Of a stretch of DNA of 64,000 nucleotides, positions 38,232 through 48,767 are shown piece by piece; positions within the stretch are counted from its first letter, which is position 1; every line of letters begins with the position of its first letter. Source of the stretch: Eledone cirrhosa (lineage: Eukaryota). The stretch is from the NCBI GenBank assembly GCA_964016885.1, contig OZ024743.1, forward strand, positions 213,156,001 to 213,220,000, in the 5' to 3' direction. A program made the position numbers and the translations under genes. The notes under the pieces were generated by a model. The model had not been told where the DNA came from. It saw nothing but the letters and a program-made list of their open reading frames with translations, and did not search any database.

Positions 38232-39098
38232 AAGGCGGTGGATTGGGAGTATTGGTAGAGCGTGCGACAACCTAATTCGTGGCAGAGAGTTACGGCCCTT
38301 TACGATCTGAGTTCAAATCCCGCTGAGGTTAACTTTGTCTTTCATCCTTACGGGGTCGATAAAATAAAATAGCAGTCATGTACTGGGGTCGATTTAATCG
38401 ACTTTCCCCTCCCAAGAATTGCTGGCCTTGTGCCTAAATAAGAAACCATTATTATTATTATTAAAAAGGATTGGCAGTATTGGTAGAGAGTCGGACGCCA
38501 TGCTTTCCAGCATAGTTACGTCCCTTTACGTTCTGAGTTCAAATCCCGCCGAGGTTAACTTTGCCTTTCATCCTTACGGGGTCGATAAAATAAAGTACCA
38601 GTAATGTACTGGGTAATTACTGGCCTTGTGCCAAAACTAGAAACAATTATTATTATTAAAAAGGCGGTGGATTGGGAGTATTGGTAGAGCGTGGGACAAC
38701 CTGCTTCGTGGCAGAGAGTTACGGCCCTTTATGTTCTGAGTTCAAATCCCACCGAGGTTAGCTTTGCCTTTCATCTTTTCGGGTTCGATAAAATAAAGCA
38801 CCAGTAATGCACTGGGCTCAATTTAATCAACTTTCCCCTATCCTAAAATTGCTGGCCTTGTGCCCAAATCAGAAATCATTATTATTATTAAAGAAGGGCG
38901 GTGAATTGGCAAGGGCGGTGGATTGGCAGTATCGGCAGAGGGTCGGACGCCATGCTTTGACGCACAGAGTTACGGCCATTCTGAGTTCAAATCCCGCCGA
39001 GGTTAACTTTGCCTTTCATCCTTACGGGGTCGATAAAATAAAGTACCAGTAATGTACTGGGTAATTGCTGGCCTTGTGCCTAAAGTAGAAACAATTAT
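38232..39098 (+). mobile_element. Head-to-tail cluster of four Meta-like SINEs separated by (TTA)n
   Basis: Copies at ~38232, 38468, 38661 and 38896. Long and short tail variants alternate. Confidence 0.85.
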
Positions 39099-39575
39099 TA
39101 AAGATGTTTAGAAATGTTTCTCCTCACTCTCTCAATATTGTGGATTTTTACCACGAAGTGAAATTAGAAAATACGTTTCGTGTAAAGTTTCTGCACAAAC
39201 TCTTCACCGTATGGAAGAGAAAGGCTAATTTGGGATGACATTTCTTTTCTCCACACGAATCTATCAACATAGTCACTTCATGCAGAAACCCTTCATAAAA
39301 TTCGAAAGAAAACAAACACATTTTTTAAAGGAAGATAAGAAAAACGAAAGCTAATTCGATTCCCCAAGGAAATATCAGTATTTCCCAACCAGTAAAAAAA
39401 TCCTTTTAGGAAAGAATATAAAAACACTATTTTGAACAATTTAATTGACATGTTTAACAACAACAACAGCATCAATAAAACAGAACTGCCTCACGAAGTG
39501 AAGAATTGTTTGAAAAGCCTGACTTAAGCAATAGAGAAGGTAGTTCTAATTTACTTTCTTTATTTTGAGTGGCTT

Positions 39576-39760
39576 GTGGATTGGCAGTATCGGTATATCG
39601 TCGGACGCCATGCTTTACAGCAAAGAGTTACTGCCCTTTATCGTCTAAGTTCAAATCCCGTCGCGGTTAACTTTGCCTTTCATCCTTACGGGGTCGATAA
39701 AATAAAGTACCAGTAATGTACTGGGTAATTGCTGACCTTGTGCCAAAAGTAGAAACAATT
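39576..39760 (+). mobile_element. Meta-like SINE
   Basis: Family motifs. Flanking duplication TTATTTTGAGTGGCTTGT on both sides. Confidence 0.8.
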
Positions 39761-39955
39761 ATTTTGAGTGGCTTGTAAGAGATGGCAGAGCTATGTACTT
39801 CATTTTCGAACTGAACAGCGAGAATTAAAAAAATAAGATTATCCTGTATCTTGAAAGCCATAGGGACCTTTCTCTTGCCCGCGAAAGCTCTGGTCGATAT
39901 GTGAAACAATACTTTTTACCCCGACTGAAGGTTAAACGGCGGCAGCTTGAGCATA

Positions 39956-40144
39956 CGTGGGTCAGCTGAAAGGTTCATAGGCTGACCAAGATACTCTCAT
40001 AGAATGACCAAATAAGGTTTTATTTTTCATCATAGTCCCCGGATATAAAGAATACAGTTATTAATAAGAAGAGTTAAAATTAATGCATGCAAGATTTCAC
40101 AGCTCTAACATAGGTCAGCCTATGAACTTTTCAACCTACACTGG
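39956..40144. mobile_element. Mariner-derived MITE
   Basis: Family TIRs. Confidence 0.75.
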
Positions 40145-40366
40145 TAGTATCAAAAACTGAGGACATGGTGAAAAAGCAGACCGAGCTGGGTCGTTACACA
40201 CTTGAACTGACGTTAGAACCACAATATTTTGGGCTGAATAACAAATGGGTTATAGTAAATGACATTGATGCCGAGATTGTTCGTTGATTCATCACAACCT
40301 TTGAGAAACAGTACGAGTAAGTCGTGAGTTAATAAAAAAACGCTATAAAGTCGAGTGGAATATATA

Positions 40367-40560
40367 CCAGGGTCGACTGAAAAGTTCATAGGCTGACCAA
40401 TATACTGTAATGGAATGACCAAATGAAGTTTATTTTCAACATAGTCCCTGGAAAGAAACGATGCAGTTATTAATAAGAGTTGAAATTAATGCATGCAAGA
40501 TTTCACAGCTCTAGCATCACTTATTCACAGTCAGCCTATGAGTTTTCCAGCCAACACTCG
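40367..40560. mobile_element. Mariner-derived MITE
   Basis: Family TIRs and TA flanks. Confidence 0.8.
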
Positions 40561-40871
40561 TATGTATATATATAAGTCCTATGATATCCAAATACAAGTG
40601 AACCATTCAGAAAACTGTGGCAACGACGACGACTTGATGTCTTTCTTCCCCGAGAAAGGTGAAAGAAAGAAGAAATGATCACAGACTGCAGTATCAATAA
40701 TGGGTCATAAAAACTACGGTTGAAGATCTGGAAAGAGTAGAAATCTACCGGTCCTCAGTGACCCAGAAACCCGACGAAAATAAGAACTACGCCACCGTCT
40801 TGCAACAATGAGGTGGAAAATAAACAAATATGAATGATAGGAACAAAACTAGAAAGGAGTTATATGGTTCA

Positions 40872-41125
40872 AGAACCATTTTAGCGTTTCAAAAATACAC
40901 AACTGTTAAATTCACAATATATTTATTATTTATTTTTTGATATCAAAATGTTCGTCACACTGTTAGCGACTTGGTCACTAACACTGACCCATTGCAACTC
41001 TTGGTCTGTATCAGTGACCCGATCATAAACAATGTTACGAAAATTTTGATATCAAGAAATAAAATTATAAATATAAAATGAATTTAACATTTTTGGTGTT
41101 TTTGAATGGCTAAAATGACTCTTCT
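40872..41125. repeat. Old fold-back inverted repeat; both arms carry a G3:C8 HHR-like motif
   Basis: Minus 40941-40983: TGTTA-GTGACCA-A-GTCGC(7)GTGAC-GAAC-ATTT-TGATA. Plus 41009-41051: TATCA-GTGACCC-G...TTAC-GAAA-ATTT-TGATA. Confidence 0.6.
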
Positions 41126-41197
41126 ATGATGTTTAGTTTTAACAGGCGAGCTCAGATCAAGTCACTTGTCTGTCAAGTCATCATTATCATCACCAGT

Positions 41198-41380
41198 AGA
41201 TTGGCAGTATCGGTAGAGCGTCAGACACCATGCTTTTCAATATAGAGTTACGGCCTTTTACGTTCTGAGTTCAAATCTCGCCGAGGTTAATTTTGCCTTT
41301 CATCCTTACGGGGTTGATAAAATAAAGTACCAGTAATGCACTGATATAATTGCTGGCCTTGTGCCAAAAGTAGAAACAAT
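41198..41380 (+). mobile_element. Meta-like SINE
   Basis: Family motifs. Confidence 0.8.
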
Positions 41381-41824
41381 TTCATCACCATGTTCATCAT
41401 TATCATCATCATGTTCCCGCAACTGTTGTTGGGTGTCATTCTAGACTCTTTCATTGTCAGCTGCTTTCATCTCCCAGGCAAGCTTCTATCTGTTCACTAT
41501 CGCAAGGCGTGGTTCCTGTCTGCCAGAATATTTGACAATTAGCTGCCTGACAAAACTGTTTGTTTTGTGCCCTGTGTACGAATGTATGGATTCTTCGTTC
41601 CATGTCAGCTGTGAGAGTCCAGCTGAGAGTGACAAGCATGGCACGAATGAATGGGCCTGCTCAGAATGTACACCTATAGTAGTAGTAGTAGTAGTAGTAG
41701 TAGTAGGAGCATAAAATTCATCCGATAGCCTGAAAAGTTTCAGTTTCCATTTTGCCTCATGCTTTATTTTATTAAAAAAGCAGACAAAAGAAAAACTCAG
41801 ACAATAAACAACAACAAAATAATA

Positions 41825-41860
<36 letters not shown>

Positions 41861-42235
41861 AAAACAAAACAAAAAAAAAAACAACTTCTATAGTAAACTT
41901 AACAACAGTTACTATTTACGTCACAAGATTTCGCCTCATCTCGCAGCTCTGAAATTTTTTTTTTTTATTCAAATACTCATATGATGCTTTTAACTATCTT
42001 CACATATCTAGTCCAGATCAATACTACTGTGGTACTTTCATATTTTCAGTGGAGTTTTGCCCTGAAGCTATCGACATTTTGAATCCTGTAGAAAATCAAA
42101 TACGTTCAGAATTATCAATACTACACGTCTGTCTGGACAGTCTCCAACAAACATTTCATCTGTACCTGTTCTTCGTGCTCTTCACATCTATTTCTTTATA
42201 TATTCATTTAAATTTTAGCATGTTTTATCTAACGT

Positions 42236-42647
<412 letters not shown>

Positions 42648-42740
42648 TGACAGATGCATTGGCAGGTTGATTGGTATACACAGAAAAAAGATTGATACGA
42701 GGTGCTAAGGAGAGTGAGAGTGAGAGAGTGTGCGTTTGAA

Positions 42741-42803
<63 letters not shown>

Positions 42804-42848
42804 CGAAAGTGAAGGTTTTAAAACGTTTTCACCATCCTATTTAAATAC

Positions 42849-42925
<77 letters not shown>

Positions 42926-43009
42926 TTATTCAGTAGTTAAATGGTTTACTGGAGGTGGTACCAATATGAGCACGCGATGCTAAAGAAGAGTGAATATATT
43001 AAGAACAAC

Positions 43010-43130
43010 AGGGTTACGTTTGTGGTTATGCTTAAGGTTTGGGTTAGGTTTATGGCTACGGTTAGTGGTAGGGTTAGAGATCGGGTTACGCTTAGGGTTA
43101 GGGTTAGGCTTAGATTGAGTGTTAGGGTTG
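43010..43130 (+). repeat. Degenerate (TTAGGG)-like hexamer array
   Basis: GGGTTAGGTTTATGGCTACGGTTAGTGGTAGGGTTAG...TTAGGGTTAGGGTTAGG; 6-bp periodicity. Confidence 0.75.
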
Positions 43131-43153
43131 GTGCTGGAAGTTTTGGTTTTAGC

Positions 43154-43260
43154 TTGATTAACAATTCTGATGAGTAGATTGGTGCTGCAATCGCGTCAGT
43201 ACCACTATTACGGACCTCGAGTCAATCATCTCTGAAACGTGCGTAACTAGTTTTAATCAA
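43154..43260 (+). ncRNA. Degenerate type I hammerhead ribozyme with a long stem II insert
   Basis: Outer stem I TTGATTAA/TTAATCAA, CTGATGA at 43167, GATTG/CAATC pairing, GAAACG-TG-CGTA (GUA site), followed by AATAAA. Confidence 0.5.
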
Positions 43261-43336
43261 TAAACGTATTCGTGTGAAACGTATGCACACACACATACAC
43301 ACACATATATATATATTTGTGTGTGTGTGTGTGTGT

Positions 43337-43410
<74 letters not shown>

Positions 43411-43719
43411 ATATGTATGTGTGAAATTTCGTCTGGTTCTTATTTTAAGTCGACAAGTAGTCTGAAATATTTTCTCATTATCTTTCCATCTATACGATGC
43501 TATAGAAGGAGCAGCAGCAGTCGTAGCACCACCACTACGACCACCACCACCACTACCACGAATACCACCATTACGACGACGACGACCACCACCATTAATA
43601 ACGATAATATCAATAACAATAACAGCAACAACGACGACAAGCTAGCAACAACAACGACCCTAAAATTCGGTCCATGACCCCGTTCACTAGGGATATCTTT
43701 GCAACAACATCGTTATATA

Positions 43720-43902
43720 AAAGTTCATAGGCTGATCAAGATACCCTCATGGAATAACCAAATGAGGTTTATTTTTCAATATAGTCCCTGGAAAGAAACA
43801 ATGCAGTTATTAATAAGAAGAGTTGAAATTAATGCATGCAATATCCCACAGATTTAGTATCAATCCTTCATAGTTAGCCTATGAACTTTTCAGCCGGCAC
43901 TC
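43720..43902. mobile_element. Mariner-derived MITE (left TIR truncated)
   Basis: Family body and right TIR. Confidence 0.75.
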
Positions 43903-44463
43903 GTAGACATAGAGACTGAAACCATTTGATCATGTGTATGTTCTTTTAGGATTTATCTGTAGTTAAACAACTCCAAAACATGATGGAATGACGATAGCCG
44001 AGTACAATTAATCAAATGACCGAGAAGAAGAATTTTCACCCGAAATATCATAACTTGTTTTCTTATTCTAAAATCTTTTCAGAATTTTTTCCTGCTATTC
44101 GCGTGCACGCTGTCGTTATCTTAGTAATGTAGGCGTACCCAAGCTGCAAACTGTTAGAGGTTTGACTGATGGATGTGTGCTTTAAAACTTCTACTATTGA
44201 ACTGTATGTTATTTTTCAGCAGTTGATCTTTAAATGTCATTGGGAATTTTTTGTGGTTGGCGTTCTTGTTGAATTCTAGAGAGAGTGGCTTTGCTGAGAA
44301 TTACAGATCTGTTTGTGAAAGAACTATTGTAAACAGTAATGACTCCTAGATATTTCACTGCCATATGTTGACTTAATGGAAAGTTTACAACTTAAGTGAA
44401 CACACATATGTAATTAATGTATAGATGTATAGGTGCTTACATATATATATACATGTATATCTA

Positions 44464-44526
<63 letters not shown>

Positions 44527-44861
44527 ATCTACGCATATATATATTTAAATTCGGTTTAATTCGGTGAATTATCACTGGATAGAATTGGTCATTCTGCAAT
44601 GTTAATTGTGACATAATATGAGAAAAGCATTCGACGTTATGCAACTCAACCATCTCTGATGTTGAATCATGCTGGTGGTGCGGGAGCGGAGTAAATGTAT
44701 TATGAAGTGAAATTACAAGAGGCTACAAATGTTGGCCGGCATGATAAGAACATACTGCTTCGTTCGTCTCTGAGTAAAAAACACATTTTTTCTTATCTGA
44801 TTATTTTCTTTGCTTTTTTCTTTGATTGTTTCCTTAAAGTTTACCTTCTTTGGTATAATTT

Positions 44862-44919
44862 ACACCTGAAGATGTCACCAGGTTCTTACGCAAGCTGGCC
44901 ACTGAAATGTGCATAGTGT
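44862..44919 (+). ncRNA. Type I hammerhead ribozyme (PLE-pLTR-like)
   Basis: ACAC-CTGAAGA, imperfect stem II (GTcaCCAG/CTGGccAC), GAAATG-TG-CATA-GTGT. AATAAA and (TA)n lie downstream. Confidence 0.6.
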
Positions 44920-44976
44920 TTGCAGTAATAAATAATTAAAGAAATTCAACATTTTTGGCCTCCTGTAATTTTATTT

Positions 44977-45042
<66 letters not shown>

Positions 45043-45939
45043 TATCTGTCTTTTGTATATCTAATGATATACGGTATGTTTACGAATAAACATTTCATAG
45101 CCTTTAGCTATGAATTTTGGAAGCTCATGGCGGGGCGCTATCTACCGAGTTCTAGCAGAAGCAATAGGAAATTACCGACGGCCGTTTCTCAATGATGGTC
45201 ATTATCAAAGTAATGCTCCCATTTAACTAGCTTTCTACTGGAACTCAATATAGGCGAAAAAATATAGCGTTGACTACTATGTACATGGGCTAATTAGCCT
45301 TATTTGCATATGGAGCTGTAGGCTAGCTCGACTTGAACAAGAAATAGAATTAAGGTTTTCGTTCCAACATAACTGTATACATAGAAGTATGTGTATTTTG
45401 TATATCTAATGATATATGGTATGTTTGCGAAGTGGAAATACTCAATAAATTCAACTGATTTTCAACCACCTTAATTTGGTTTATATACTTTCTTAATATC
45501 GTTTATTTCCCTTTCTTTTTTTTTTTACTTACACATAATATAGTACACCTTCTATACTACTCTACTCCATACCTTACCTCCATAAATATTACCATCTCTA
45601 GATTACATACCACCATATAATACCATACACCTGCTATAGCGCACGAATACTAACATGTGTACGATTTTGCTATTTCAAATTGACATCTTGGAGTTATTTT
45701 CGTCTGTTACAATACATTTTTTGAAAACTAGAGTTTTAAGACGCGATACGTTTCTTAAAAACTTGTTCGAATGCCTGTGGATTAGGTAACAATTTTAATC
45801 CCTCATACAATCTAGAGATATGGTCATTATTGGGTCGTGTAACCTAGGTAGCGACTTTGTTTCGTATATAAATGAATAAATAATATAATATAATATATAT
45901 AAATATATATAAATATATATAATATATATAAATAATATA

Positions 45940-46031
<92 letters not shown>

Positions 46032-46716
46032 TACATATATATACATTGAGAGAAGGGGCTGTGTGGTTACTGATAACGAGTGCTAGAAGGTAAGGCGACA
46101 CAAACAAGAGATGGACAGTCTCCCTTCGTCAGTAGTTTACTACGATTCACGGATGTTTAGGCGCATTATAAACAAAACATCTATCCGTTGCGCGCCCATA
46201 GTTTTTTATCTATCAAAAGCCATAAGAGAGAGAAAGAAAAGAAGAGAAAAGAAAAAAGGAAAAAAAGATGTAAACATACCAACAGAAGGGGAACACGGGA
46301 CAATGGTACATGTAAGTAAGTAACCGGGAAGAATTGAGATCAAGTTAAAAAAAGACGTTGGGTTTAAGCCCAGGCCCGTAATAACGGAACTAGGTAATCC
46401 ACGTCTGTTCTCAGTGAAAGCGAGCCAGAAAGAGAGAGAAAGACGGATGAACCGAAAGCGAGAGGGAATAGGAGGCAGAGGGGGTGAGTTAGAGGGATAG
46501 AGAGAGAGAGTGAGTAGGAGGGGAAAGGGAGTTAATCCAAACGGGTTTATATATATATATATATATATATGTGTATATATATACATAACTTAATTACTAT
46601 ATATGCATAATTTAATTACTCCTATATATATAGTGAACAACACAATATATAACTACTCCATTACCAGGACCCTAGACAATATTAATATACGTCTGGATCT
46701 TTCATCAGATAGGGAT

Positions 46717-46750
<34 letters not shown>

Positions 46751-46758
<8 letters not shown>

Positions 46759-47812
46759 AAGTTTGTCCTTCATCAGTGGCCTTCCAACCGTCACAGGCAT
46801 TTCATCGCTTTAAAGGCCATATACCTCAGGTTGGTGCGAGCAACGGCTAAAAAAAGTCGTTGGGACACGTAAATAAAGGGGACGCTAGGGTAAACGAACA
46901 AAATGGTTTAAGCAACAGAAAGTGATGAATTTATATTCATAGAAATCTGGGACTTGTCTCTTTCTTCATCACTTTCTGTTGCTTAAACCATTTTGTTTGT
47001 TTACCCTAGCGTCCCCTTTATTTACGTGTCCCAACGACTTTTTTTAGCCGTTGATCGCACCAACCTGAGGTATATGGCCTTTAAAGTGATGAAATGCCTG
47101 TGACGGTTGGAAGGCCACTGATGAAGGACAAACTTGTAACCCATTTGCAACGCCGCAGCTCCATTATTATCATATTTACACATATATATTTTCCTCTGCT
47201 GCTACCCGTCTGTTTCGTTCTTTGTATCTTTACCCTTTCTAGCAGTCTTTCTCTCTCTGTTAGCCTCTTCCTCACCTTTCACTCACTCATTCTCTGTCAC
47301 TACCTCTCCTCCTCCCCCTTCTTCCCGTTTGACCTGTCCGTATTCTTTTCTCGCGGGCTCTTGGCCAAGCCGGTATGAATTTTTTTTTTCTCTCTCTCTC
47401 TCTCTCTCTCTCTCGTCTGCGACTTCACAGAACTTATGTTTACCGAATTCGCAGACCAGACCCCTTCTTCCTCCCGTTAGACCTGTGCGAAATTCCTTCC
47501 TTGCTCACATTTCAACCAGGTTTGATGGTCTTTATTCTCTCGTTCACGATTTCACCGAATTTATATTCATAGAAATCTGGGACTTGTCTCTTTCTTCATC
47601 ACTTTCTGTTGCTTAAACCATTTTGTTTGTTTACTCTAGCGTCCCCTTTATTTACGTGTCCAAACGACTTTTTTTAGCCGTTGCTCGCACCAACCTGAGG
47701 TATATGGCCTTTAAAGCGATGAAATGCCTGTGACGGTTGGAAGGCCACTGATGAAGGACAAACTTTTTCATATGTAACCCATTTGCAACGCCGCAGCTCC
47801 ATTATTATCATA
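46751..47812 (+). mobile_element. Non-coding element with PLE-like architecture: inverted partial repeat + direct repeat + ~380-bp body + direct repeat
   Basis: 46751-46929 is the reverse complement of part of 46927-47175, which recurs at 47557-47812. (TA)n lies on both flanks. Each repeat contains CTGATGAAGGAC. Confidence 0.7.
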
Positions 47813-48480
47813 TATATATATATATATATATATATAAATCAGAGGCGGTGGATATGCGCTAAAATTTATGTACATGTTATATAGAGACGGATGGGAGAAA
47901 TAGATATAGATAGAGAGAGAGGGACAGTTTGATAGTAATTGATATAGAGAGGAAGCTTGGGAGAATGTGTTGTACATTAGATATAAAGAGGGGGCTAGAT
48001 TGATGTTTATTGATATAGAGAGAGGAATTTGAAGAGAGTTCCGTGTAGTAGATATACAGAGGGGGGATTGGGAGAGAGTACCATGTAGTAGATATAGAGA
48101 GGGGGATAATTTGGTGGTTATAGATATACAGAGAAGGATAATGGGAGATACCGTGCAGGAGATATAGAGAGGGGGCGAGTTTAAGGGTGAATGATATACA
48201 GAGAGTGGTTGGGTGAGAGAAGTGTAGATATTTATTGAGTGTGAGAGAATGCTTTAGTCATAGATATAGAGAGTGGGATAAAAGAGGCGGTGTCGTGGTA
48301 GATATAGAGAGGAGTAGAGTTTGGTTTTAGTAGATACAGAGAAGGTGAATAAAAGAGTTTTGTGAGATAGACATAGAGTAGGAGAGTTTGGTGGCACTCT
48401 TGGGTTTCAACCAATAGCCTTGTTACTCTGGAGTCTCACCTGCATACTTCCAAGATCATCAGACAAGACTAGTGTTCCTG

Positions 48481-48537
<57 letters not shown>

Positions 48538-48541
<4 letters not shown>

Positions 48542-48677
48542 CGAAGGAAATGTGGTAAGGAACCAGGTGGACCATAACGCACCAAAGTACTCAATACTTG
48601 AGGTAGTACTACCTCAAGTATTGAGTACTTTGGTGCGTTATGGTCCACCTGGTTCCTTACCACATTTCCTTCGTTAT
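48538..48677. repeat. Perfect 140-bp spacer-less palindrome at the 5' end of the PLE
   Basis: Centre ...GAGGTAGT|ACTACCTC... at 48607/48608. Arms checked complementary out to 48538/48677. Confidence 0.95.
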
Positions 48678-48767
48678 CTAGCTCCTACTCCCGTAGTAGA
48701 GCACTTTCCGACCCTACCACGCCGTATCCAGACTTTTCCGCTAAGCTCAATTCATTTCACCCGCACC

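Noticed and set aside
41454-41680. Possible host exon (moderately GC-rich unique sequence)
   Set aside because: No recognisable protein motif and no convincing splice-site pair.
48398-48468. Minus-strand HHR (TCTTGT-CTGATGA-TCTTGGA...TCCAGA-GTAAC...CCAAGA)
   Set aside because: GAAA is mutated and there is no clear stem III or cleavage triplet; too degenerate to call.
48420-48767. N-terminal extension of the 841-aa ORF
   Set aside because: It runs through (TA)n and the palindrome. PLE homology starts near ATG 48768, although an upstream exon cannot be excluded.
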